This document shows positions 18,462-28,300 of a stretch of DNA of 64,000 nucleotides, piece after piece. The notes beneath the pieces were generated by a model. It saw nothing but the letters and a program-made list of their open reading frames with translations. It ran no database searches and was not told the DNA's origin. The DNA is taken from the sequence record OR493421.1; one strand, given 5' to 3'. The translations under genes and the position numbers were made by a program. Every line of letters begins with the position of its first letter. The first letter of the stretch is position 1.

Positions 18462-18623
18462 TTATTGTCCTTTTACTGCCGCGTTGATAGCACCGCTGAT
18501 AATTTCGTCGGCACGAGAATCATCAATGGGGGCCATATATTCAAGTCCGACTTTCCCGGTTGTTGCTTTAACCAATTCAAACAAATTGGCGATAGCGACC
18601 GCTTCTTTAATGGTATCGTCCAT
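18462..18623 (-). CDS. 53-aa hypothetical protein absent from the ORF track
   Basis: MDDTIKEAVAIANLFELVKATTGKVGLEYMAPIDDSRADEIISGAINAAVKGQ; TAATG overlap with the lysin stop; fills the gap exactly. Confidence 0.75.
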   Translation of the reverse strand: MDDTIKEAVAIANLFELVKATTGKVGLEYMAPIDDSRADEIISGAINAAVKGQ

Positions 18624-19483
18624 TAGACAATTCTCCGATTAACGGGTAGCATCCCGTCGTAGTAAGTTTGATAGATTTTAACGCTGATTTCTCCAACAGT
18701 AATCTTACCGTCTTTGTCAACGTCCAGACCGATGTTCTGACGATAGCCAACAGAACCATTGGCGAAGATCATGGTGTCAGGAGATTTACCTATTGCCGCC
18801 GGGTAAAATACGGACATATAGAAATCTTCCAGACTTTTCAGTTTATACGATCTCATCCGCATCTTGAAGTATTTAAACACATACTCCAGTTGTTCCATCT
18901 GAGTCATCTTCTTGAGTTTGTCAAGAGTAGTACCCAGATCGGTTGCGGCCGCAGTACCGAATTGGATTAAACCCCAATAGTTGGCGCCGGCGCCATTCTG
19001 AATATCTGGTCGGAAAGTACCGCCTGATTCGAAACACATAATCGCCATGACGTAATCAAGGCATTCAGGAACCAGAGCTTCGTCGTCCACCCATTTCTTA
19101 CAACGGGCAACGAATGCCGGTTCAACCTTCTTGCTCCAGCATGCGCTATATTTAGGCAGTTGATAACCTAAACGGAAGACGCTGTTCAGAGTTGCCAAAG
19201 CGGTTTTGGTTCCGTTACCCCAAAGTCCGTCGATCGTACCGCCGTAAAGCCCGACGTTTTGGAGCTGTTGCTGAACTGTTTTAAAGGCTACTTCGTTGCC
19301 GACTTTAGGACCGATTTTAACTTGAGACGCTTTACCTTCTTTAGACGCATAATAGTTGATGAGGGTAAGGAAGCCAGTTGAACTTCCATCCCCCCATACA
19401 CCATCGATCTTAGAAGGATAAAGCCCCACCTCTTTTAAAGATACCTGGATATCTTTAATCGCTTTGGTTAGGGCGATAGACAT
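18623..19483 (-). CDS. lytic transglycosylase-like enzyme with two PG-binding repeats
   Basis: Two IDGxWGxGT-type PG-binding motifs, catalytic FES, GLIQF, EF-hand-like DVDKDGKITVGE; start set at MSIAL. Confidence 0.85.
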   Translation of the reverse strand: MSIALTKAIKDIQVSLKEVGLYPSKIDGVWGDGSSTGFLTLINYYASKEGKASQVKIGPKVGNEVAFKTVQQQLQNVGLYGGTIDGLWGNGTKTALATLNSVFRLGYQLPKYSACWSKKVEPAFVARCKKWVDDEALVPECLDYVMAIMCFESGGTFRPDIQNGAGANYWGLIQFGTAAATDLGTTLDKLKKMTQMEQLEYVFKYFKMRMRSYKLKSLEDFYMSVFYPAAIGKSPDTMIFANGSVGYRQNIGLDVDKDGKITVGEISVKIYQTYYDGMLPVNRRIV

Positions 19484-19484
19484 T

Positions 19485-22400
19485 TTATTTTCCTCTGAAA
19501 GCTTTAACTGCTGCCGAAGTGCGGTTGGCGTTAACTTCATTGATACCCATTTTATCTCGTAAGCTCAGAACCATACGGTTGAACATCGATTTAAATGAGA
19601 ATCGAATCTTGACAATACGACCATCCAGTGTACGCATTGTGTAGTTCACGATATTCCCCACGGTGCCTTTCATCTGGTTACCGACCACAAATTTATCGGC
19701 GGTTTCGGAGCTATTGAGATCCTCAATAAAGATTTTAACCGTAACCCGATTAGGTTCAACACTGGCTTTCTTAACATACGTGTTTCCCCCAACGTTACCG
19801 TTAACGATCCCGGTATGAGTGACCTTATTGAGTTGTTGGCGTTCTTTATCTAACTTAGTCACAAACCCTTTCAGGCTATCTGACATGTCTTCAATTGAAC
19901 CGTTATAAACACACTCAATTTTAACAACACGGCCATGATGGTTAGACCGAATTTGTTTAACCCCTAAACGCTCTAATCCTGAGAAAGTGTCATCAGAATC
20001 GTCCAGACCACTTACGTGGGGATCCTCTATCGAGCATAAAATCGCGTCCATGTCGACTTCCGACCCGACTTCTACGTGAGGGACGAGAGTTTGTTCGAAG
20101 TCTAAAGAGAATTCTTTCAACTTCAAATAAGGCGTTTTCGTCTGCTCAGCGAAGTCTTTAGAAACCTCAATGGAGTCTTCAAACGTGAACTGATTCTCAA
20201 CAAAGGCAATCCTCACCATTACCCCGCATTTCCACGCCACCTGATTAGGGTTAGCCAAATCCCTTTCAAAGTACATTTCGTCCCAACCGATGATATCTCC
20301 GGCATTGAAACTATCACCGACTTTTAAATCAGTGACTCTTGTGTGTCTGTGGAATTCACCAGACGCACTACCGATGGTTAAGCCCAATGGGTAACTGTCC
20401 GTCGTTCCATCCTTGTATTCGACCACCAAGCCTTCTTTGGTAAGCTTTATTACTTTACCGTCGAGTTTAGCTGGTTTAGAATAAAGCTCGGATGTCCGGT
20501 GTGCTATAACCAATTCATCCCCGGTACGTAACCAGTTGGTCTGATAGTTAGTCGCAGATACCCCCTGGCTTTGCTGTACCCCGGAGAACAGAGCACGCTT
20601 GGGGTCATCGGAGGTCGAGTGAGCTAAAAGGTTGGATGTTACCGACAGTCTGCCGCTCAGAGTGTCAGGCATGCTTAGGTCGACGTTACCACGGAAATCG
20701 GCGATTTTAGGGTTGCTCGTTAAGTAACTCACGAACCCAACTTTACCGGAGTCTTTACCAGCCTCGGAGATAACCCCAGCATAGTTCTCTTGCTGACCAC
20801 GTGTACGTCTGACCATTGTCGTTTCACTTCGCCCACCAGTACCACCAAAGGTAACAACTTCCTGTTCTTTGATTTCGTGGATGGGGTTAACCTCTTCGAC
20901 TAGGTTTACACTTGTATCGGTGATGATACTCATGATAACCGCTTCGGGGTTCATATCGAAGGTGAAACGTTTGTCATTACCTTTATTCCTGAATTGACGA
21001 GTCGACTTAACAATTTCGTTATAGACTCGTCCGGCGAAACGTTCATACCCAACGAAACGTTGCTCAGTTAATTCTATCTCGTGAGCAGTCCGATCGGTGT
21101 TCAGCATTTTAACGCCTTCGATCATGAGATAATGAAGCTCGGTCGGATAACCCCTTTTAACCAGTTCAGATTTGGTGATAGGATCGATGAACATTTCGAA
21201 CATCAAACGCATTTCATCAAAATGACCCGGTTTGACTTTCTTATCCCCGATAGCCGGCACCCACACGCCTTTCGTGTTTAGGTCATAGCGAGAGAAGTTA
21301 CCCAAATTCGCTAACTTCCGGAACCCACCCATAATGAGTGCGGTTAAACTATCCCGTCTGTTGAAAATGAGCGTTTCATCGTTAAAGGTTATCGCGTATT
21401 CGTCCTGACCCATCCGAACTTTCTCACCGGCCGGAACGGTCCGATAGTCAGCATTGAGTGCTTTAAGAAGTTCGTCGAATCCGAAGTAGTAAGCGAGCAC
21501 TACCCCGATAGGGAAAGCGTATCCGTTTACATTCACCGTAACGATATCGACTGGGGCTTTCGTCGTGTCAATTCCACAGCGGCTTTCGAAAGAACCAATG
21601 TGTGTCTTATCTTTATAAAGGTTACCACCGTCATCCATAAAGATGAAGTCGTCACCTTCTTTAGCCACCGGAACCCAGTTAGGAGAAATCAGCTTATTGA
21701 TTTCTTTCTCTGATCCAACAAGACTAGAAAGATCGAAGTTGAATTCAATCCCGCCCGCCTTTAATGACCGATACCGTTTGGCTAACGCAGAATAAGTACG
21801 AGGAACAGCGTAACTACGATTATAGACATCGCCCAACACCCCAGATACTTTACCGGCTTCACCCAACAGAATAAGCTGCTTGTTCAGCCACAATCCGTAA
21901 TCGTCGGCGACCTTGGTAGAACGAGACATCATGATCTTGCGGTCATAATAACTCGTCAAAGCAACCTGCTCCGAGTTTATCTTACGAATCGGTATTTCCA
22001 TACGCTGAAGTTGAAGATGTTGTTTTACCCCATCGACAGTGAAGGTTCCGTCTTTGTCAATTTTGGGGATGCGGAACATTGCGGTCTTAGGCGATCCGCC
22101 AACAGGATGGACGTTCATGGTATAAACGTCGTAAGCCGATTCCGCATTGACGATACGTTCACGTTTCAGGTCGGTTAAAACGATACCGGCGTTCTGAATG
22201 TTCAGTATCATCCCGGCGATATCCCGATTAAGGAATTCTTCAGAGTATTTCGTTTTAAGATTGGTCGCTCTACTTTGTAGCTGAGAAGGGTCGATGATCC
22301 CCCTCATCTCAGGAGCAATTTTAGCAGGAAGATGACGGAGTTTGGCCTGATCGATCTTAACAAAACTTTCAAGACTTTCACCGTTAGGCATTTTGATCGT

Positions 22401-23741
22401 TTTGTATGATTGCGCGAGATTAGTGTAATAACGTTGTTCCGCAACAGTTAATGTCCCGGCCTTGGCTCTTTGCTCTAAGGCTCTCAGGATACCTGATTCT
22501 GGGGTACTGAAAATAACTTTCTTGGTTTCCCCTAATCCTTCTGTTTCGGCGTTATAAAGTAATTCATCGTCGACCGCTGCAGCCCACTCTTCTCCGTGAT
22601 TCTCATCAGCTCCTCCTGAATCCTCTCCTCCTTGGTCATCATCAGATTCTGTATCAGCCTTTTTGCTGCCCATGAAAAGATCAAGCATAGTAACAGACTG
22701 ATCAGTAATCTCTTCAGACTCATCGAGATCCAGCGGTTCTTCTTCTGATTCCTTATTAACTTCCTGGCTTCTTCTTTCCTCTTCTGGCGTTCCAGTACCC
22801 AATCCGACATTCTCTGCGGCATGAGGTTTCTCCTCTATGGTTTCACTTAGCGTGCCGCCCGCTATCAGAGCCCTAAATCCAAGCAGGAACCGTTTAGCTG
22901 CGTTAACACGCATACTGGTGGGATTGCCGTGCTTGTCGTTAAGTTCTTCCATCCATTGAGAGACGATACCAAGGTTAACTACCCAGCTGAGTCCATTATG
23001 ACTAAAGATGATGTGGAGTTTATCCATTTCTTCTTTATCTAAGCGATTAAACAGACTGTAGTTCTTTTCGCCTATCAAGAAGAGATACCAGTCCATGATC
23101 CAATAAGAACCGTAACCCTTAAACGGGAGTACTGCCTGATTGTCAGTGGTGGTATAAACACCGTCTTTGAACGCCTTCTTATAATGATCGACTGCTACCA
23201 GTAGCTGACGATAATCGGGGATGGCTGGAGGAAGTTCTATTCGCCAGTATTGATTGCGGGTCGTTTCCTTACTCATTTGTTTAACCGCTTCAATCCCAGA
23301 AGCCAGTTGGTTGTAAGCTCGTTCAAATTGAACAAAGCGGGTGAATACATAACGGTGACGATGAGGTCCCATCGCTATGTTGTTTACCAACAGTTCCTGA
23401 CGACGGCTCAGGTAGTTGGACAACGTCCTCGCCCAGTTGTACTTGAAATGACTTTTACGATAAAGCTGAATGGATTGCTTTTCGTTAAAGGGAACGGGTC
23501 GAGTTCTTCCGATGGGGGTTATATAAAGACTGTTGAAATAAATGTTAACCCCATCAGGGTAAGTCCCTATTAAGGGCTCCTCGGTACTCGGGCCGATATC
23601 CTCTTGCGTCTTCGGTAGATACATCATTACCGATTCTCTCGGCAACACCATATCCGTCAGATGGTGAAACTTAGGATTTGTAATTTCTTGTTTTTTCCTA
23701 AGAACAAAATTGCGGAAGAACTGTTGGTATAATACGCTCAT
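19485..23741 (-). CDS. rpoB: virion RNA polymerase beta subunit, N-terminal part (phiKZ gp178-like)
   Basis: FEDSI and ADKFVVGNQMKG (catalytic Lys) motifs, SGKVG, 1418 aa; synteny. Confidence 0.88.
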   Translation of the reverse strand: MSVLYQQFFRNFVLRKKQEITNPKFHHLTDMVLPRESVMMYLPKTQEDIGPSTEEPLIGTYPDGVNIYFNSLYITPIGRTRPVPFNEKQSIQLYRKSHFKYNWARTLSNYLSRRQELLVNNIAMGPHRHRYVFTRFVQFERAYNQLASGIEAVKQMSKETTRNQYWRIELPPAIPDYRQLLVAVDHYKKAFKDGVYTTTDNQAVLPFKGYGSYWIMDWYLFLIGEKNYSLFNRLDKEEMDKLHIIFSHNGLSWVVNLGIVSQWMEELNDKHGNPTSMRVNAAKRFLLGFRALIAGGTLSETIEEKPHAAENVGLGTGTPEEERRSQEVNKESEEEPLDLDESEEITDQSVTMLDLFMGSKKADTESDDDQGGEDSGGADENHGEEWAAAVDDELLYNAETEGLGETKKVIFSTPESGILRALEQRAKAGTLTVAEQRYYTNLAQSYKTIKMPNGESLESFVKIDQAKLRHLPAKIAPEMRGIIDPSQLQSRATNLKTKYSEEFLNRDIAGMILNIQNAGIVLTDLKRERIVNAESAYDVYTMNVHPVGGSPKTAMFRIPKIDKDGTFTVDGVKQHLQLQRMEIPIRKINSEQVALTSYYDRKIMMSRSTKVADDYGLWLNKQLILLGEAGKVSGVLGDVYNRSYAVPRTYSALAKRYRSLKAGGIEFNFDLSSLVGSEKEINKLISPNWVPVAKEGDDFIFMDDGGNLYKDKTHIGSFESRCGIDTTKAPVDIVTVNVNGYAFPIGVVLAYYFGFDELLKALNADYRTVPAGEKVRMGQDEYAITFNDETLIFNRRDSLTALIMGGFRKLANLGNFSRYDLNTKGVWVPAIGDKKVKPGHFDEMRLMFEMFIDPITKSELVKRGYPTELHYLMIEGVKMLNTDRTAHEIELTEQRFVGYERFAGRVYNEIVKSTRQFRNKGNDKRFTFDMNPEAVIMSIITDTSVNLVEEVNPIHEIKEQEVVTFGGTGGRSETTMVRRTRGQQENYAGVISEAGKDSGKVGFVSYLTSNPKIADFRGNVDLSMPDTLSGRLSVTSNLLAHSTSDDPKRALFSGVQQSQGVSATNYQTNWLRTGDELVIAHRTSELYSKPAKLDGKVIKLTKEGLVVEYKDGTTDSYPLGLTIGSASGEFHRHTRVTDLKVGDSFNAGDIIGWDEMYFERDLANPNQVAWKCGVMVRIAFVENQFTFEDSIEVSKDFAEQTKTPYLKLKEFSLDFEQTLVPHVEVGSEVDMDAILCSIEDPHVSGLDDSDDTFSGLERLGVKQIRSNHHGRVVKIECVYNGSIEDMSDSLKGFVTKLDKERQQLNKVTHTGIVNGNVGGNTYVKKASVEPNRVTVKIFIEDLNSSETADKFVVGNQMKGTVGNIVNYTMRTLDGRIVKIRFSFKSMFNRMVLSLRDKMGINEVNANRTSAAVKAFRGK

Positions 23742-25351
23742 AGGTTGAGTCCGTTACTGAGATTTCGGAATAAGAATTCGTGAGGTTCCACCGTTGGACT
23801 GTAAAGGAACTGCCCCGTGCCGGTGATATAGTAATCGCGTCTGCCCATTAAAGCTTTAGCTTCAGCAATAGCATCCTCTCCGTTGATGGAGTTACTGTTA
23901 AGTTGGTCGCCATCGAAGTCCCCACCCAATAAACCTAACCGACTGCCATCGACACTCATGGCGTCGAAATAATCTGGTTTAGTTTCTCGGACTGGGTAGT
24001 ATGTGCAACGATAACCTTCTTCCCAGTAATCATCTAAGATGATTCTTTTTTCGGCGTTAGTTGTCGTTTTGATTTTGATGAAGCTAGGATAGATGGACCC
24101 CATCCCAGTAATCGGATAACGGGTAACCTGAAGCATCCTCTTTTCTATTTCTTCGACACAACTTAAATAGAAGAGTTCCATGTAAGTCAATGGTTTGCAG
24201 AACTTCTTATCAAACCCAGGAGGAAGTTCGGTCACGTCACCGAGTAACTTGACATATTTACCGTCATCATAGGTCAGGCCCATGTAATAACCATTAATTT
24301 TGATCGGTTTATGACGCAAGTGCCTGGTGCCGAATCCGTTGAACAAAGCGGTGAGTCCATCGGCTGACAACCATTTGTCAACAATGTTGCTCTCAACTTC
24401 AACGTATTGATATTCGAAGGTTCTGGGGTCGACGAGTTTAGCCGTGCTTGACCCTACTGTAAATACGCGGCTTAAGAAACCTTTAAGTAACGCATATCGT
24501 GCAACGTATTGGAAACCCAACAGCGCTTGATACATCCCGATATCTGTGGTGTTAACGTCGACCCCATTATCATCATCCGCATCAGCAACAGAAACTTTAC
24601 GAGCGGTAATAACGTTACGAGTACCCCCGACGACACCACGAGTTGAGACTCGGCGCTGTAAGAATCCACGCTTACCTTCCATCAGCCGGAAGATATAATC
24701 GTCGATGTCGTTGAACACGCTTTGAATCGCCCAACGGATGTTATCGTAAATCGGGTTATCTTCTTCACCTTCCTGGATAACCACGCTGCGACTACGGAAG
24801 ATCAGTTTACGATAGAAATCATTTATTTCTGGTTCCACGATCTGGCCGTTGGGTTCAACCTGGATATCACGAATACCAGCCGGCAACACAATAATGTTTT
24901 TAGTCAACGCGATGTCTTTAAATTTATTAAAGAGTTCTACGCGCTGTTTGCGTTTATAACTTTCGTTTAACTTAGGCTCTAAGTCGTAAAAGTGACGCAT
25001 AAAGAAACCGTAGCCGGTTTCTCCTTCCAGGAGGTTTGATTTTATGAAGTCGTGTTCTGATGCGTCCCAAAGGGCGTATTCCGTCCCTTTGATTATTCCG
25101 AGATACAAACCCTTTAACCCAATCAAAGCCTTAAAATAAGTCGGGTTGAAGACAGGAATCTTAACATTGATGTAAGATTGAGTTTTATCTCGTTGGTCGG
25201 TACCGACACGACCGAAGATGGTTGGAGAGTATAAACCATCTTCATGAAGGTTGTTGGTCATCCCCTCATGGACGTCTGTTGACGTCACGGCTTTCATGAG
25301 AGCCCAAGCCACTTTGTTTGGGTTCAATAACGTAATATTAGTAGGTTGCAT
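23738..25351 (-). CDS. rpoC: virion RNA polymerase beta-prime subunit, N-terminal catalytic part (phiKZ gp180-like)
   Basis: Catalytic DFDGD motif, GLYSPTIFG, GKRG, RYP. Confidence 0.92.
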   Translation of the reverse strand: MQPTNITLLNPNKVAWALMKAVTSTDVHEGMTNNLHEDGLYSPTIFGRVGTDQRDKTQSYINVKIPVFNPTYFKALIGLKGLYLGIIKGTEYALWDASEHDFIKSNLLEGETGYGFFMRHFYDLEPKLNESYKRKQRVELFNKFKDIALTKNIIVLPAGIRDIQVEPNGQIVEPEINDFYRKLIFRSRSVVIQEGEEDNPIYDNIRWAIQSVFNDIDDYIFRLMEGKRGFLQRRVSTRGVVGGTRNVITARKVSVADADDDNGVDVNTTDIGMYQALLGFQYVARYALLKGFLSRVFTVGSSTAKLVDPRTFEYQYVEVESNIVDKWLSADGLTALFNGFGTRHLRHKPIKINGYYMGLTYDDGKYVKLLGDVTELPPGFDKKFCKPLTYMELFYLSCVEEIEKRMLQVTRYPITGMGSIYPSFIKIKTTTNAEKRIILDDYWEEGYRCTYYPVRETKPDYFDAMSVDGSRLGLLGGDFDGDQLNSNSINGEDAIAEAKALMGRRDYYITGTGQFLYSPTVEPHEFLFRNLSNGLNL

Positions 25352-25371
25352 ATTCGCACCACGAGGTTAAA

Positions 25372-28300
25372 ATGGCTAAAGATGATTTCGACGATTGGGG
25401 AGACGACCCGTTCGCCGGCGATATAGATTTCGACTTCGACTTCGATAACGCACCTAAAAAAGGTTTCTTTGCGAGCATGGGGAGTGGTTTTCTCAGTGAG
25501 CTCCACAGCGGTACGATAGGAAGTTCAGAAGGTAGGTTGAGAACGGCTAAAATGCTCCTCCCAAAATCATTTGGGACTGTCTTTGATTTAAAAAGAGAGT
25601 TTGATTGGAAGAAGCAGGAGATCCTAAGCGAGGTCAAAGCCGGATCAAAAGATATGGTGGAAGATCTCCAGGCAATTGCTCAGATGACCTTAGACCGCCA
25701 CGGCGACAAGGTTCCTAATAAAATTGCCCAGGGGTTGGAGACCTTCAGTAATAAGGACTTTAGCCATTGGGATCAAGGAGGATACACACCTTCTGATCCA
25801 AGTATGGGAGAAGTCGATGAAGATGGCTTAGCCGGTTTTATAAGCGGAGTTACGGCCCAGCAGACAGGAACGATGGTGGGTATTGGGCGGGCTATCAACA
25901 ACATGACCGCGGTAGTTGGCGGTCGTCAATTAGCCCAGCAACAAGCAACCAATTCGCTGTTAGGTGGAATCTCAACCACCCTTCAAGGCATTTTGCGTTA
26001 CCAGAATAAAATCCAGGCTAAGAACGATGCAGTTAAGATCAACTTATTGGCCAGGATGCATTTAACCAACGCTAAATACTACAAGTTCATGGAAGCCTCG
26101 ATGCATCGTCAGATTGACGAGCTTAAAAAGATTACTCTTAATTCAGGTAAGAGTGATTACGAGAAAACTTCCCTGGCCATGGCGGCTAAAGGCAGATTAC
26201 GCGATTCTATCTTCTCCACAATTGGACGTAGGTCCGGTGGGGTGATGGGTTATCTGTCCGAGACGTTCGGTAAAGAAGCCAGAGAGGGGATGCTTTCTAG
26301 TTTAAGCGGAATGGTTGGCGCTGGTAGAATGGGGATGGAGATGTCCGAAGGAATGGGTCTCAATATGGGAACCATTATCGGGCAGATGCTAGCTAACGAG
26401 GTCATTGAGAGAGGACCGGCTTTCTTTAAATCTGGGCAGGGTGCTAAGCTTATTAATAAACTTGCGACCCTCTATCCAAAAGAAGCCAAAAACATCCGCC
26501 GGCAATATCGCAAGTTGGAACAGTTGGGTAGCGTTCTGTCATACGCCGGAACTAACGCGGCTGGTTTAGCAGGAACGATTCTCCGCAATAACGCTAACTA
26601 CGAAGAAGACTTTTCCACCTACGACGATTACCTTGACTCACTTGCTCCCGGTGAAAAACAGTTAAGTGAAAGAGCGTGGCGTTTAAAACAGAAAGGTAAA
26701 AACTTCCTAGGAAATAGATTAAACGATCTTTCTTTTAATATCAACGATTCCCGTGGTAAACAGTACGAACTCAAGAAACGTAACTTGATGGATTTGACTC
26801 AACCCAGCTACTGGAGTAGTCAATCCGATCGTACGTTAAATGAAATCATTCCTGGGTGGTTCGCTAAGCTTCATCTGAGCCTGGAAAAAATTCGTACGGG
26901 TAACGATAACCTGAAAGAAGAACGTTTCGATTACCGTAGCGGGAAGTTCTTAAGTCATAAACAAACTCAAAATGCCGTTAAACGTAATCTGTTGAACGGT
27001 AGAGAATTTAGTGGACTGGCCTCAGGTACGTCCGACATGGTTTCTGCGATTGACAAAAATGGAACGCTGTCACCAGAAGCTAAACGTTTCTTATCTTATC
27101 GTTTGGCGAGAGACGTCGACCAAGATAAAGGATTCAACCCGTTCAACTATTTCGGGATGGAAGACGAAGACGGGCTAACCCCATCGATTCGTAAAGAAAT
27201 TGAACAAGTGATGCGGGGGTCGTTCAGACTAACCGACCAGCATATTGAAGCGGCTAAAAAATCCGGCCTGGCTGGTATTAAAGCTCAGTTGAACATGCCG
27301 ACTGCTAAAAGTAAACGTTTGGCGGCCGATCTTAGTCTGCGAGCCAAAAACCTCAAAGGTTATCTCCCTAATATTTCTCAGCAAATCGATTTGTTACGAA
27401 ACGCTGGTTACGATCCACTATTAAGAGAAATGAATTTGATTAATAGTGAAAACGGGTCAGATTTCTTTAACACCGATGCGATATGGGATCGATTAAAATC
27501 AGAGCTTAATGGTAACGAAGGCCTTATCGAAGAGGATGACGTAGGTCCTCTCCCTACTCGTGGTGGAATGGGTGGGGGTAATTCGAAAACCATTATCAAT
27601 AACCGTCGTGGGTTGTCCGGGAAGGATTCCGGTAAATTAGTTACCGCCCTATCGGAACTCACCGAGCAGCTTAAACTCGGGATTCCCGGCAGACAAGACG
27701 GAAATGCATTAAGCCCAGAGCAAGTTAAATCTTTAACGGATTCTGTAATGGGAATAAGGGATATTAATCAGGAACAATTGGAAGTCCTGAAACAAATCCT
27801 TTCTCGTCAGCCAGCCGAGGTGAATAAACCCAAAACTGATGCTGAAGATGCCGCTGATACCGCACAGAAGAAAACCATCCTCGACCGCATTAAAAGTCTT
27901 GGTGGGATTAAGGATATTTTCAGTGCTGGCATGGATAAACTGCTGGCTCACGAACCACTGATGCTGGGTGGGATGTTAGGTGGGTTAGCGGGATTGGCGA
28001 TTCACGATCCTAAAACAGCGGCGTTGATCGGTGGTGGTGCCGCAGCCTGGGCGTTATATACCAAAGTTCGTAGTATGGCGGACGCCAGAGACGTCAGTGA
28101 CGATGAAGACATTTACGATGGAGAGAGTGAAGATCCGATACTCGAAGCGCGTAAACTCAGAGCCCGTCAGTATTACGACAAAGTGTTAAAGAAAATTATT
28201 ACCAGTTGGAAAGAGATCAAGGGATCGATCGTTGATCTCGGAACCAAGGTCGTGATCTCCGCTAAACGTCTTTCGGGCAAACTGTTCAGTGCCGAAGGCA

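Noticed and set aside
19485-25351. Introns in RNAP genes as in some relatives
   Set aside because: Both frames are continuous with no endonuclease or intron-like insertion.
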